Assembly: GCF_044704955.1 (NCBI RefSeq) | Contig: NW_027253893.1 | Span: 62,001 to 126,000 of the forward strand | DNA length: 64,000 nt | Reading direction: 5' to 3' | From: Pristiophorus japonicus | Taxonomy: Eukaryota | In this document: piece after piece, positions 33,528 to 48,500 of the stretch | Layout: each line of letters begins with the position of its first letter | How positions within the stretch are numbered: position 1 is the stretch's first letter | The notes under the pieces: model-generated | Database searches by the model: none | Told to the model about the DNA's origin: nothing | What the model saw: the letters and a program-made list of their open reading frames with translations, nothing else | Position numbers and translations under genes: made by a program

Positions 33528-36500
33528 GTGTACACAATCTGTGGGAGGTGATTAAATGGGTGGTAATCCCAGGACAGTGTAGTGTGTACAGGGGCTGTGG
33601 GAGGTGATTAAATGGGTGGTAATCCCAGGACAGTGTAGTGTGTACAGGGGCTGTGGGAGGTGATTAAATGGGTAGTAATCCCAGGACAGTGTACTGTGTA
33701 CAGGAGCTGTGGGAGGTGATTAAATGGGTGGTAATTACAGGACAGTGTACTGTGTACAGGGGCTGTGGGAGGTGATTAAATGGGTGGTAATCCCAGGACA
33801 GTGTAGTGTGCACAGGGGCTGTGGGAGGTGATTAAATGGGTGATATTCCCAGGAAAGTGCAGTGTGTACAGGGGCTGTGGGAGGTGATTAAATGAGTGGT
33901 AATCACAGGACAGTGCAGTGTGTACAGGGGCTGTGGGAGGTGATTAAATGGGTGGTAATCCCAGGACAGTGTAGTGTGTACAGGAGCTATGGGAGGTGAT
34001 TAAATGGGTGGTAATCCCTGGACAGTGTAGTGTGTACAGGGGCTGTGGGAGGTGATTAAATGGGTGGTAATCCCAGGACAGTGTACTGTGTACATGGGCT
34101 GTGGGAGGTGATTAAATGGGTGGTAATCCCAGGGCAGTGTAGTGTGTACAGGGGCTGTGGGAGGTGATTAAATGGGTGGTAATCCCAGGACAGTGTAGTG
34201 TGTACACGGGCTGTGGGAGGTGATTAAATGGGTGGTAATCCCAGGACAGTGTAGTGTGTACAGGGGCTGTGGGAGGTGATTAAATGGGTGGTAATACCAG
34301 GACAGTGCAGTGTGTACAGGGTCTGTGGGAGGTGATTAAATGGGTGGTAATCCCAGGACAGTGTAGTGTGTACAGGGGCAGTGGGAGGTGATTAAATGGG
34401 TGGTAATCCCAGGACAGTGTACTGTGTACATGGGCTGTGGGAGGTGATTAAATGGGTGGTAATCCCAGGACAGTGTAGTGTGTACAGGGGCTGTGGAAGG
34501 TGATGAAATGGCTGGTAATCCCAGGACAGTGTAGTGTGTACAGGGGCTGTGGAAGGTGATTAAATGGGTGGTAATCCCAGGACAGTGTAGTGTGTACAGG
34601 GGCTGTGGGAGGTGATTAAATGGCTGGTAATACCAGGACAGTGCAGTGTGTACAGGGTCTGTGGGAAGTGATTAAATGGGTGGTAATCCCAGGACAGTGC
34701 AGTGTGTACAGGGGCTGTGGGAGGTGATTCAATGGGTGGTAATCCCAGGACAGTGCAGTGTGTACAGGGGCTGTGGGAGGTGATTACATGGGTGGTAATC
34801 CCAGGACAGTGCAGTGTGTACAGGGGCTGTGGGAGGTGATTAAATGGGTGGTAATCCCAGGACAGTGCAGTGTGTACAGGGGCTGTGGGAGGTGATTAAA
34901 TGGGTGGTAATCCCAGGACAGTGTAGTGTGTACAGGGGCTGTGGAGGTGATTAAATGGGTGGTAATCCCAGGACAGTGTACTGTGTACACGGGCTGTGGG
35001 AGGTGATTAAATGAGTGGTAATCCCAGGACAGTGTAGTGTGTACAGGGGCTGTGGGAGGTGATTAAATGGGTGGTAATCCCAGGACAGTGTAGTGTGTAC
35101 AGGGGCTATGGGAGGTGATTAAATGGGTGGTAATACCAGGACAGTACAGTGTGTACAGGGGCTGTGTGAGGTGATTAAATGGGTGGTAATCCCACGACAG
35201 TGCAGTGTGTACAGGGGCTGTGGGAGGTGATTAAATGGGTGGTAATCCCAGGACAGTGCAGTGTGTACAGGGGCTGTGGGAGGTGATTAAATGGGTGGTA
35301 ATCCCAGGACAGTGCAGTGTGTACAGGGGCTGTGGGAGGTGCTGAAATGCGTGGTAATCCCAGGACAGTGTAGTGTGTACATGGGCTGTGGGAGGTGATT
35401 AAATGGGTGGTAATCCCAGGACAGTGTACTGTGTACACGGGCTGTGGGAGGTGATTAAATGCGTGGTAATCCCAGGACAGTGTAATGTGTACAGGGGCTG
35501 TGGGAGGTGATTAAATGGGTGGTAATCCCAGGACAGTGTAGTGTGTACAGGGGCTGTGGGAGGTGATTAAATGGGTGGTAATCCCAGGACAGTGTACTGT
35601 GTACAGGGGCTGTGGGAGGTGATTAAATGGGTGATAATCCCAGGACAGTGTAGTGTGTACAGGGGCTGTGGAAGGTGATTAAATGGGTGGTAATCCCAGG
35701 ACAGTGTAGTGTGTACAGGGGCTGTGGAAGGTGATTAAATGGGTGGTAATCCCAGGACAGTGTACTGTGTACACGGGCTGTGGGAGGTGATTAAATGCGT
35801 GGTAATCCCAGGACAGAGTAGTGTGTAGAGGGGCTGTGCGAGGTGATTAAATGGGTGGTAATCCCAGGACAGTGTAGTGTGTACACGGGCTGTGGGAGGT
35901 GATTAAATGGGTGGTTATCCCAGGACAGTGTACTGTGCACAGGGGCTGTGGGAGGTGATTAAATGGGTGGTAATCCCAGGACAGTGTAGTGTGTACAGGG
36001 GCTGTGGGAGGTGATTAAATGGGTGGTAATCCCAGGACAGTGTAGTGTGTACAGGGGCTGTGGGAGGTGATTAAATGGGTTCTAATCCCAGGACAGTGTA
36101 GTGTGTACACAGGCTGTGGGAGGTGATTAAATGGGTGGTAATCCCAGGACAGTGTAGTGTGTACACGGGCTGTGGGAGGTGATTAAATGGGTGGTAATCC
36201 CAGGACAGTGTAGTTTGTACAGGGGCTGTGGGAGGTGATTAAATGGGAGGTAATCCCAGGACAGTGTACTGTGTACAGGAGCTGTGGGAGGTGATTAAAT
36301 GGGTGGTAATCCCAGGACAGTGTAGTGTGTACAGGGGCTGTGGGAGGTGATTAAATGGGTGGTAATCCCAGGACAGTGTAGTGTGTACAGGGGCTGTAGG
36401 AGGTGATTAAATGGGTGGTAATCCCTGGACAGTGTACTGTGTACAGGGTCTGTGGGAGGTGATTAAATGGGTGGTAATCCCAGGACAGTGTATTGTGTAC

Positions 36501-39500
36501 AGGTGCTGTGGGAGGTGATTAAATGGGTGGTAATCCCAGGACAGTGTAGTGTGTACAGGGGCTGTGGGAGCTGATTAAATGGGTGGTAATCCCAGGACAG
36601 TGTACTGTGTACAGGGGCTGTGGGAGGTGATTAAATGGGTGATAATCCCAGGACAGTGTAGTGTGTACAGGGGCTGTGAGAGGTGATTAAATGGGTGGTA
36701 ATCTCAGGACAGTGTAGTGTGTACACGGGCTGTGGGAGCTGATTAAATGGGTGGTAATCCCAGGACAGTGTAGTGTGTACAGGGGCTGTGGGAGGTGATT
36801 AAATGGGTGGTAACCCCAGGACAGTGTAGTGTGTACAGGGGCTGTGGGAGGTGATTAAATGGGTGGTAATACCAGGACAGTGCAGTGTGTACAGGGGCTG
36901 TGGGAGGTGATTAAATGGGTGGTAATCCCAGGACAGTGAAGTGTGTACAGGGGCTTTGGGAGGTGATTAAATGGGTGGTAATCCCAGGACATTGCAGTGT
37001 GTACAGGGGCTGTGGGAGGTGATTAAATGGGTGGTAATCCCACGACAGTGCAGTGTGTACAGGGGCTGTGGGAGGTGATTAAATGGGTGGTAATCCCAGG
37101 ACAGTGCAGTGTGTACAGGGGCTGTGGGATGTGATTAAATGGGTGGTAATCCCAGGACAGTGTACTGTGTACACGGGCTGTGGGAGGTGATGAAATGCGT
37201 GGTAATCCCAGGAGAGTGTAGTGTGTACAGGGGCTGTGGGAGGTGATTAAATGGGTGGTAATCCCAGGACAGTGCAGTGTATACAGGGGCTGTGGGAGGT
37301 GATTAAATGGGTGTTAATCCCAGGACAGTGCAGTGTGTACACGGGCTGTGGGAGGTGATTAAATGGGTGGTAATCCCAGGACAGTGCAGTGTGTACAGGG
37401 GCTGTGGGAGGTGATTAAATGGGTGGTAATCCCAGGACAGTGCAGTGTGTACAGGGGCTGTGGGAGGTGATTAAATGGGTGGTAATCCCAGGACAGTGCA
37501 GTGTGTACAGGGGCTGTGGGAGGTGATTAAATGGGTGGTAATCCCAGGAGAGTGCAGTGTGTACATAGGCTGTGGGAGGTGATTAAATGGGTGGTAATCC
37601 CAGGACAGTGTAGTGTGTACAGGGGCTGTGGGAGGTGATTAAATGGGTGGTAATCCCAGGACAGTTTAGTGTGTACAGGGGCTGTGGGAGGTGATTAAAT
37701 GGGTGGTAATCCCAGGACAGTGTAGTGTGTACAGGGGCTGTGGGAGGTGATTAAATGGGTGGTAATCCCAGGACAGTGTAGTGTGTACAGGGGCTGTGGG
37801 AGGTGATTAAATGGGTGGTAATCCCAGGACAGTGTACTGTGTACAGGGGCTGTGGGAGGTGATTAAATGGGTGGTAATCCCAGGACAGTGTACTGTGTAC
37901 AGGGGCTGTGGGAGGTGATTAAATGGGTGGTAATCTCAGGACAGTGTAGTGTGTACAGGGGCTGTGGGAGGTGATTAAATGGGTGGTAATCCCAGGACAG
38001 TGTAGTGTGTACACGAGCTGTGGGAGCTGATTAAATGGGTGGTAATCCCAGGACAGTGTACTGTGTACAGGGGCTGTGGGAGGTGATTAAATGGGTGGTA
38101 ATCCCAGGACAGTGTAGTGTGTACAGGGGCTGTGGGAGGTGATTAAATGGGTGATAATCCCAGGACAGTGTAGTGTGTGCACGGGCTGTGGGAGCTGATT
38201 AAATGGGTGGTAATCCCAGAACAGTGTAGTGTGTACAGGGGCTGTGGGAGGTGATTAAATGGGTGGTAATCCCAGGACAGTGTAGTGTGTACAGGGGCTG
38301 TGGGAGGTGATTAAATGGGTGGTAATCCCAGGACAATGTAGTGTGTACACGGGCTGTGGGAGCTGATTAAATGGGTGGTAATCCCAGGACAGTGTAGTGT
38401 GTACAGGGGCTGTGGGAGGTGATTAAATGGGTGGTAATCTCAGAACAGTGTAGTGTGTACAGGGGCTGTGGGAGGTGATTAAATGGGTGGTAATCCCAGG
38501 AGAGTGTCGTGTGTACACGGGCTGTGGGAGGTGATTAAATGGGTGGTAATCCCAGGACAGTGTAGTGTGTACAGGGGCTGTGGGAGGTGATTAAATGGGT
38601 GATAATCCCAGGACAGTGTAGTGTGTACAGGGGCTGTGAGAGGTGATTAAATGGGTGGTAATCCCAGGACAGTGTAGTGTGTACAGGGGCTGTGGGAGGT
38701 GATTAAATGGGTGGTAATCCCAGGACAGTGTAGTGTGTGCAGGGGCTGTGGGAGGTGATTAAATGGGTGGTAATCCCAGGACAGTGTAGTGTGTACAGGG
38801 GCTGTGGGAGGTGATTAAATGGGTGGTAATCCCAGGACAGTTTACTGTGTACACGGGCTGTGGGAGGTGATTAAATGGGTGGTAATCCCAGGACAGTGTA
38901 CTTTGTACAGGGGCTTTGTGAGGTGATTAAATGGGTGGTAATCCCAGGACAGTGTTGTGTGTACAGAGGCTGTGGGAGATGATTAAATGGGTGGTAATCC
39001 CAGGACAGAGTAGTGTGTACAGGGGCTGTGGGAGGTGATTAAATGGGTGGTAATCCCAGGACAGTGTACTGTGTACATGGGCTGTGGGAGGTGATTAAAT
39101 GGGTGGTAATCCTAGGACAGTGTAGTGTGTACAGGGCCTGTGGGAGGTGATTAAATGGGTGGTAATCCCAGGACAGTGTACTGTGTACAGGGGCTGTGGG
39201 AGGTGATTAAATGGGTGGTAATCCCAGGACAGTGTTCTGTGTACAGGGCCTGTGGGATGTGATTAAATGGGAGGTAATCCCAGGACAGTGTAGTGTGTAC
39301 AGGGGCTGTGGGAGGTGATTAAATCGTTGGTAATCCCAGGACAGTGTACTGTGTACATGGGCTGTGGGAGGTGATTTAATGGGTGGTAATCTCAGGACAG
39401 TGCAGTGTGTACAGGGGTTGTGGGAGGTGATTAAATGAGTGGTAATCCCAGGGTAGTGTAGTGTGTATAGGGGCTGTGGGAGGTGATTAAATGGGTGGTA

Positions 39501-42500
39501 ATCCCAGGACAGTGTAGTGTGTGCAGGTGCTGTGGGAGGTGATTAAATGGGTGGTAATCACAGGACAGTGTACTGTGTACAGGGGCTCTGGGAGGTGATT
39601 AAATGGGTGGTAATCTCAGGACAGTGTAGTGTGTACAGGGGCTGTGGGAGGTGATTAAATGGGTGGTAATCCCAGGACAGTGTAGTGTGGACAGGGGATG
39701 TGGGAGGTGATTAAATGGGTGGTAATCCCAGGACAGTGTAGTGTGTACAGGGGCTGTGGGAGGTGATTAAATGGGTGGTAATCCCAGGAGAGTGTAGTGT
39801 GTGCAGGGGCTGTGGGAGGTGATTAAATGGGTGGTTATCCCAGGACAGTATTGTGTGTACAGGAGCTGTGGGAGGTGATTAAATGGGTGGTAATCCCAGG
39901 ACAGTGTACTGTGTACAGGGGCTGTGGGAGGTGAATAAATGGGTGGTAATCCCAGGGTAGTTTATTGTGTACAAGGGCTGTGGGAGGTGATTAAATGGGT
40001 GGTAATCCCAGGACAGTGTAGTGTGTACAGGAGCTGTGGGAGGTGTTTAAATGGGTGGTAATCCCAGGGTAGTGTAGTGTGTACAGGGGCTGTGGGAGGT
40101 GATTAAATGGGTTGTAATCCCAGGACAGTGTAGTGTGTACAGGGGCTGTGGGAGGTGATTAAATGGGTGGTAATCCCAGGACAGTGTAGTGATCTCAGGC
40201 GCTGTGGGTGGTGATTAAATGGGTGGTAATCCCAGGACAGTGTAGTGTGTACAGGGGCTGTGGGAGGTGATTAAATGGGTGGTAATCTCAGGACAGTGCA
40301 GTGTGTACAGGGGCTGTGGGAGGTGATTAAATGGGTGGTAATCCCAGGGTAGTGTAGTGTGTACAGGGGCTGTGGGAGGTGATTAAATGGGTTGTAATCC
40401 CAGGACAGTGTAGTGTGTACAGGGGCTGTGGGAGGTGATTAAATGGGTGGTAATCCCAGGACAGTGTAGTGATCTCAGGGGCTGTGGGAGCTGATTAAAT
40501 GGGTGGTAATCGCAGGACAGTGTACTGTCCACATGGACTGTGGGAGGTGATTAAATGGGTGGTAATCTCAGGATAGTGCAGTGTGTACAGGGGCTGTGGG
40601 AGGTGATTAAATGGGTGGTAATCCCAGGGTAGTGTAGTGTGTACAGGGGCTATGGGAGGTGATTAAATAGGTGGTAATCCCAGGACAGTGTACTGTGTAC
40701 AGGGGCTGTGGGAGGTGATTAAATGCATGGTAATCCCAGGACAGTGTAGTGTGTACAGGGCCTGTGGGAGGTGATTAAATGGGTGGTAATCCCAGGACAG
40801 TGTACTGTGTACAGGGGCTGTGGGAGGTGATTAAATGGGTGGTAATCCCAGGACAGTATAGTGTGTACAGGGGCTGTGGGAGGTGATTAAATGGGTGGTA
40901 ATCCCAGGACAGTGTACTGTGTACATGGGCTTTGGGAGGTGATTAAATGGGTGGTAATCCCAGGACAGTGTAGTGTGTACAGGGGCTGTGGGAGGTGATT
41001 AAATGGGTGGTAATCCCAGGACAGTGTACTGTGTACAGGGCCTGTGGGAGGTGATTAAATGGGAGGTAATCCCAGGACAGTGTAGTGTGTACAGGGGCTG
41101 TGGGAGGTGATTAAATGGGTGGTAATCCCAGGACAGTGTACTGTGTACAGGGGCTGTGGGAGGTGATTAAATGGGTGGTAATCCCAGGACAGTGCAGTGT
41201 GTACAGGGGCTGTGGGAGGTGATTAAATGGGTGGTAATCCCAGGACAGTTTAGTGTGTACAGGGGCTGTGGGAGGTGATTAAATGGGTGGTAATCCCAGG
41301 ACAGTGTAGTGTGTACAGGGGCTGTGGGAGGTGATTAAATGGGTGGTAATCCCAGGACAGTTTAGTGTGTGCAGGGGCTGTGGGAGGTGATTAAATGGGT
41401 GGTAATCCCAGGACAGTGTACTGTGTACAGGGGCTGTGGGAGGTGATTAAATGGGTGGTAATCCCAGGACAGTGTACTGTGTACAGGGGCTGTGGGAGGT
41501 GATTAAATGGGTGGTAATCTCAGGACAGTGTAGTGTGTACAGGGGCTGTGGGAGGTGATTAAATGGGTGGTAATCCCAGGACAGTGTAGTGTGTACACGA
41601 GCTGTGGGAGCTGATTAAATGGGTGGTAATCCCAGGACAGTGTACTGTGTACAGGGGCTGTGGGAGGTGAATAAATGGGTGGTAATCCCAGGACAGTGTA
41701 GTGTGTACAGGGGCTGTGGGAGGTGATTAAATGGGTGATAATCCCAGGACAGTGTAGTGAGTGCACGGGCTGTGGGAGCTGATTAAATGGGTGGTAATCC
41801 CAGAACAGTGTAGTGTGTACAGGGGCTGTGGGAGGTGATTAAATGGGTGGTAATCCCAGGACAGTGTAGTGTGTACAGGGGCTGTGGGAGGTGATTAAAT
41901 GGGTGGTAATCCCAGGACAATGTAGTGTGTACACGGGCTGTGGGAGCTGATTAAATGGGTGGTAATCCCAGGACAGTGTAGTGTGTACAGGGGCTGTGGG
42001 AGGTGATTAAATGGGTGGTAGTCTCAGAACAGTGTAGTGTGTACAGGGGCTGTGGGAGGTGATTAAATGGGTGGTAATCCCAGGAGAGTGTACTGTGTAC
42101 ACGGGCTGTGGGAGGTGATTAAATGGGTGGTAATCCCAGGACAGTGTAGTGTGTACAGGGGCTGTGGGAGGTGATTAAATGGGTGATAATCCCAGGACAG
42201 TGTAGTGTGTACAGGGGCTGTGAGAGGTGATTAAATGGGTGGTAATCCCAGGACAGTGTAGTGTGTACAGGGGCTGTGGGAGGTGATTAAATGAGTGGAA
42301 ATCCCAGGACAGTGTAGTGTGTGCAGGGGCTGTGGGAGGTGATTAAATGGGTGGTAATCCCAGGACAGTGTAGTGTGTACAGGGGCTGTGGGAGGTGATT
42401 AAATGGGTGGTAATTCCAGGACAGTGTACTGTGTACACGGGCTGTGGGAGGTGATTAAATGGGTGGTAATCCCAGGACAGTGTACTTTGTACAGGGGCTC

Positions 42501-45500
42501 TGTGAGGTGATTAAATGGGTGGTAATCCCAGGACAGTGTTGTGTGTACAGAGGCTGTGGGAGATGATTAAATGGGTGGTAATCCCAGGACAGAGTAGTGT
42601 GTACAGGGGCTGTGGGAGGTGATTAAATGGGTGGTAATCCCAGGACAGTGTACTGTGTACATGGGCTGTGGGAGGTGATTAAATGGGTGGTAATCTCAGG
42701 ACAGTGCAGTGTGTACAGGGGCTGTGGGAGGTGATTAAATTGGTGGTAATCCCAGGGTAGTGTAGTGTGTACAGGGGCTGTGGGAGGTGATTAAATGGGT
42801 CGTAATCCCAGGACAGTGTACTGTGTACAGGGGCTGTGGGAAGTGATTAAATGCATGGTAATCCTAGGACAGTGTAGTGTGTACAGGGCCTGTGGGAGGT
42901 GATTAAATGGGTGGTAATCCCAGGACAGTGTACTGTGTACAGGGGCTGTGGGAGGTGATTAAATGGGTGGTAATCCCAGGACAGTGTTCTGTGTACAGGG
43001 CCTGTGGGATGTGATTAAATGGGAGGTAATCCCAGGACAGTGTAGTGTGTACAGGGGCTGTGGGAGGTGATTAAATCGTTGGTAATCCCAGGACAGTGTA
43101 CTGTGTACATGGGCTGTGGGAGGTGATTTAATGGGTGGTAATCTCAGGACAGTGCAGTGTGTACAGGGGTTGTGGGAGGTGATTAAATGAGTGGTAGTCC
43201 CAGGGTAGTGTAGTGTGTACAGGGGCTGTGGGAGGTGATTAAATGGGTGGTAATCCCAGGACAGTGTAGTGTGTGCAGGTGCTGTGGGAGGTGATTAAAT
43301 GGGTGGTAATCACAGGACAGTGTAGTGTGTGCAGGGGCTGTGGGAGGTGATTAAATGGGTGGTAATCCCAGGACAGTGTACTGTGTACAGGGGCTGTGGG
43401 AAGTGATTAAATGGATGGTAATCCTAGGACAGTGTAGTGTGTACAGGGCCTGTGGGAGGTGATTAAATGGGTGGTAATCCCAGGACAGTGTACTGTGTAC
43501 AGGGGCTGTGGGAGGTGATTAAATGGGTGGTAATCCCAGGACAGTGTTCTGTGTACAGGGCCTGTGGGATGTGATTAAATGGGAGGTAATCCCAGGACAG
43601 TGTAGTGTGTACAGGGGCTGTGGGAGGTGATTAAATCGTTGGTAATCCCAGGACAGTGTAGTGATCTCAGGGGCTGTGGGAGCTGATTAAATGGGTGGTA
43701 ATCGCAGGACAGTGTACTGTCTACATGGACTGTGGGAGGTGATTAAATGGGTGGTAATCTCAGGATAGTGCAGTGTGTACAGGGGCTGTGGGAGGTGATT
43801 AAATGGGTGGTAATCCCAGGGTAGTGTAGTGTGTACAGGGGCTATGGGAGGTGATTAAATAGGTGGTAATCCCAGGAGAGTGTACTGTGTACAGGGGCTG
43901 TGGGAGGTGATTAAATGCATGGTAATCCCAGGACAGTGTAGTGTGTACAGGGCCTGTGGGAGGTGATTAAATGGGTGGTAATCCCAGGACAGTGTACTGT
44001 GTACAGGGGCTGTGGGAGGTGATTAAATGGGTGGTAATCCCAGGACAGTATAGTGTGTACAGGGGCTGTGGGAGGTGATTAAATGGGTGGTAATCCCAGG
44101 ACAGTGTACTGTGTACATTGGCTTTGGGAGGTGATTAAATGGGTGGTAATCCCAGGACAGTGTAGTGTGTACAGGGGCTGTGGGAGATGATTAAATGGGT
44201 GGTAATCCCAGGACAGTGTACTGTGTACAGGGGCTGTGGGAGGTGATTAAATGGGTGGTAATCCCAGGACAGTGCAGTGTGTACAGGGGCTGTGGGAGGT
44301 GATTAAATGGGTGGTAATCCCAGGACAGTTTAGTGTGTACAGGGGCTGTGGGAGGTGATTAAATGGGTGGTAATCCCAGGACAGTGTAGTGTGTACAGGG
44401 GCTGTGGGAGGTGATTAAATGGGTGGTAATCCCAGGACAGTGTACTGTGTACAGGGGCTGTGGTAGGTGATTAAATGGGTGGTAATCCCAGGACAGTGTA
44501 CTGTGTACAGGGGCTGTGGGAGGTGATTAAATGGGTGGTAATCTCAGGACAGTGTAGTGTGTACAGGGGCTGTGGGAGGTGATTTAATGGGTGGTAATCC
44601 CAGGACAGTGTAGTGTGTACACGTGCTGTGGGAGCTGATTAAATGGGTGGTAATCCCAGGACAGTGTACTGTGTACAGGGGCTGTGGGAGGTGATTAAAT
44701 GGGTGGTAATCCCAGGACAGTGTACTGTGTACAGGGGCTGTGGGAGGTGATTAAATGGGTGATAATCCCAGGACAGTGTAGTGTGTGCACGGGCTGTGGG
44801 AGCTGATTAAATGGGTGGTAATCCCAGAACAGTGTAGTGTGTACAGGGGCTGTGGGAGGTGATTAAATGGGTGGTAATCCCAGGACAGTGTAGTGTGTAC
44901 AGGGGCTGTGGGAGGTGATTAAATGGGTGATAATCCCAGGACAGTGTAGTGTGTACAGGGGCTGTGAGAGGTGATTAAATGGGTGGTAATCCCAGGACAG
45001 TGTAGTGTGTACAGGGGCTGTGGGAGGTGATTAAATGGGTGGTAATCCCAGGACAGTGTAGTGTGTGCAGGGGCTGTGGGAGGTGATTAAATGGGTGGTA
45101 ATCCCAGGACAGTGTAGTGTGTACAGGGGCTGTGGGAGGTGATTAAATGGGTGGTAATCCCAGGACAGTGTACTGTGTACACGGGCTGTGGGAGGTGATT
45201 AAATGGGTGGTATTCCCAGGACAGTGTACTTTGTACAGGGGCTTTGTGAGGTGATTAAATGGGTGGTAATCCCAGGACAGTGTTGTGTGTACAGAGGCTG
45301 TGGGAGATGATTAAATGGGTGGTAATCCCAGGACAGAGTAGTGTGTACAGGGGCTGTGGGAGGTGATTAAATGGGTGGTAATCCCAGGACAGTGTACTGT
45401 GTACATGGGCTGTGGGAGGTGATTAAATGGGTGGTAATCTCAGGACAGTGCAGTGTGTACAGGGGCTGTGGGAGGTGATTAAATTGGTGGTAATCCCAGG

Positions 45501-48500
45501 GTAGTGTAGTGTGTACAGGGGCTGTGGGAGGTGATTAAATGGGTGGTAATCCCAGGACAGTGTACTGTGTACAGGGGCTGTGGGAAGTGATTAAATGGAT
45601 GGCAATCCTTGGACAGTGTAGTGTGTACAGGGCCTGTGGGAGGTGATTAAATGGGTGGTAATCCCAGGACAGTGTACTGTGTACAGGGGCTGTGGGAGGT
45701 GATTAAATGGGTGGTAATCCCAGGACAGTGTTCTGTGTACAGGGCCTGTGGGATGTGATTAAATGGGAGGTAATCCCAGGACAGTGTAGTGTGTACAGGG
45801 GCTGTGGGAGGTGATTAAATCGTTGGTAATCCCAGGACAGTGTACTGTGTACATGGGTTGTGGGAGGTGATTTTATGGGTGGTAATCTCAGGACAGTGCA
45901 GTGTGTACAGGGGTTGTGGGAGGTGATTAAATGAGTGGTAATCCCAGGGTAGTGTAGTGTGTATAGGGGCTGTGGGAGGTGATTAAATGGGTGGTAATCC
46001 CAGGACAGTGTAGTGTGTGCAGGGGCTGTGGGAGGTGATTAAATGGGTGGTAATCACAGGACAGTGTAGTGTGTGCAGGGGCTGTGGGAGGTGATTAAAT
46101 GGGTGGTAATCCCAGGACAGTGTAGTGTGTACAGGGGCTGTGGGAGGTGATTAAATGGGTGGTAATCCCAGGACAGTGTACTGTGTACAGGGCCTGTGGG
46201 AGGTGATTAAATGGGAGGTAATCCCAGGACAGTGTAGTGTGCACAGGGGCTGTGGGAGGTGATTAAATGGGTGGTAATCCCAGGACAGTGTACTGTGTAC
46301 AGGGGCTGTGGGAGGTGATTAAATGGGTGGTAATCCCAGGACAGTGCAGTGTGTACAGGGGCTGTGGGAGGTGATTAAATGGGTGGTAATCCCAGGACAG
46401 TTTAGTGTGTACAGGGGCTGTGGGAGGTGATTAAATGGGTGGTAATCCCAGGACAGTGTAGTGTGTACAGGGGCTGTGGGAGGTGATTAAATGGGTGGTA
46501 ATCCCAGGACAGTGTAGTGTGTACAGGGGCTGTGGGAGGTGATTAAATGGGTGGTAATCCCAGGACAGTGTACTGTGTACAGGGGCTGTGGGAGGTGATT
46601 AAATGGGTGGTAATCCCAGGACAGTGTACTGTGTACCGGGGCTGTGGGAGGTGATTAAATGGGTGGCAATCTCAGGACAGTGTAGTGTGTACAGGGGCTG
46701 TGGGAGGTGATTAAATGGGTGGTAATCCCAGGACAGTGTAGTGTGTACACGAGCTGTGGGAGCTGATTAAATGGGTGGTAATCCCAGGACAGTGTACTGT
46801 GTACAGGGGCTGTGGGAGGTGAATAAATGGGTGGTAATCCCAGGACAGTGTAGTGTGTACAGGGGCTGTGGGAGGTGATTAAATGGGTGATAATCCCAGG
46901 ACAGTGTAGTGTGTGCACGGGCTGTGGGAGCTGATTAAATGGGTGGTAATCCCAGGACAGTGTACTGTGTACAGGAGCTGTGGGAGGTGATTAAATGGGT
47001 GGTAATCCCAGGACAGTGTAGTGTGTACAGGGGCTGTGGGAGGTGATTAAATGGGTGGTAATCTCAGAACAGTGTAGTGTGTACAGGGGCTGTGGGAGGT
47101 GATTAAATGGGTGGTAATCCCAGGAGAGTGTCGTGTGTACACGGGCTGTGGGAGGTGATTAAATGGGTGGTAATCCCAGGACAGTGTAGTGTGTACAGGG
47201 GCTGTGGGAGGTGATTAAATGGGTGGTAATCTCAGAACAGTGTAGTGTGTACAGGGGCTGTGGGAGGTGATTAAATGGGTGGTAATCCCAGGAGAGTGTC
47301 GTGTGTACACGGGCTGTGGGAGGTGATTAAATGGGTGGTAATCCCAGGACAGTGTAGTGTGTACAGGGGCTGTGGGAGGTGATTAAATGGGTGATAATCC
47401 CAGGACAGTGTAGTGTGTACAGGGGCTGTGAGAGGTGATTAAATGGGTGGTAATCCCAGGACAGTGTAGTGTGTACAGGGGCTGTGGGAGGTGATTAAAT
47501 GAGTGGTAATCCCAGGACAGTGTAGTGTGTGCAGGGGCTGTGGGAGGTGATTAAATGGGTGGTAATCCCAGGACAGTGTAGTGTGTACAGGGGCTGTGGG
47601 AGGTGATTAAATGGGTGGTAATCCCAGGACAGTGTACTGTGTACACGGGCTGTGGGAGGTGATTAAATGGGTGGTAATCCCAGGACAGTGTACTTTGTAC
47701 AGGGGCTTTGTGAGGTGATTAAATGGGTGGTAATCCCAGGACAGTGTTGTGTGTACAGAGGCTGTGGGAGATGATTAAATGGGTGGTAATCCCAGGACAG
47801 AGTAGTGTGTACAGGGGCTGTGGGAGGTGATTAAATGGGTGGTAATCCCAGGAGAGTGTACTGTGTACATGGGCTGTGGGAGGTGATTAAATGGGTGGTA
47901 ATCTCAGGACAGTGCAGTGTGTACAGGGGCTGTGGGAGGTGATTAAATTGGTGGTAATCCCAGGGTAGTGTAGTGTGTACAGGGGCTGTGGGAGGTGATT
48001 AAATGGGTGGTAATCCCAGGACAGTGTACTGTGTACAGGGGCTGTGGGAAGTGATTAAATGCATGGTAATCCTAGGACAGTGTAGTGTGTACAGGGCCTG
48101 TGGGAGGTGATTAAATGGGTGGTAATCCCAGGACAGTGTACTGTGTACAGGGGCTGTGGGAGGTGATTAAATGGGTGGTAATCCCAGGACAGTGTTCTGT
48201 GTACAGGGCCTGTGGGATGTGATTAAATGGGAGGTAATCCCAGGACAGTGTAGTGTGTACAGGGGTTGTGGGAGGTGATTAAATGAGTGGTAATCCCAGG
48301 GTAGTGTAGTGTGTATCGGGGCTGTGGGAGGTGATTAAATGGGTGGTAATCCCAGGACAGTGTAGTGTGTGCAGGTGCTGTGGGAGGTGATTAAATGGGT
48401 GGTAATCACAGGACAGTGTAGTGTGTGCAGGGGCTGTGGGAGGTGATTAAATGGGTGGTAATCCCAGGACAGTGTAGTGTGTACAGGGGCTGTGGGAGGT

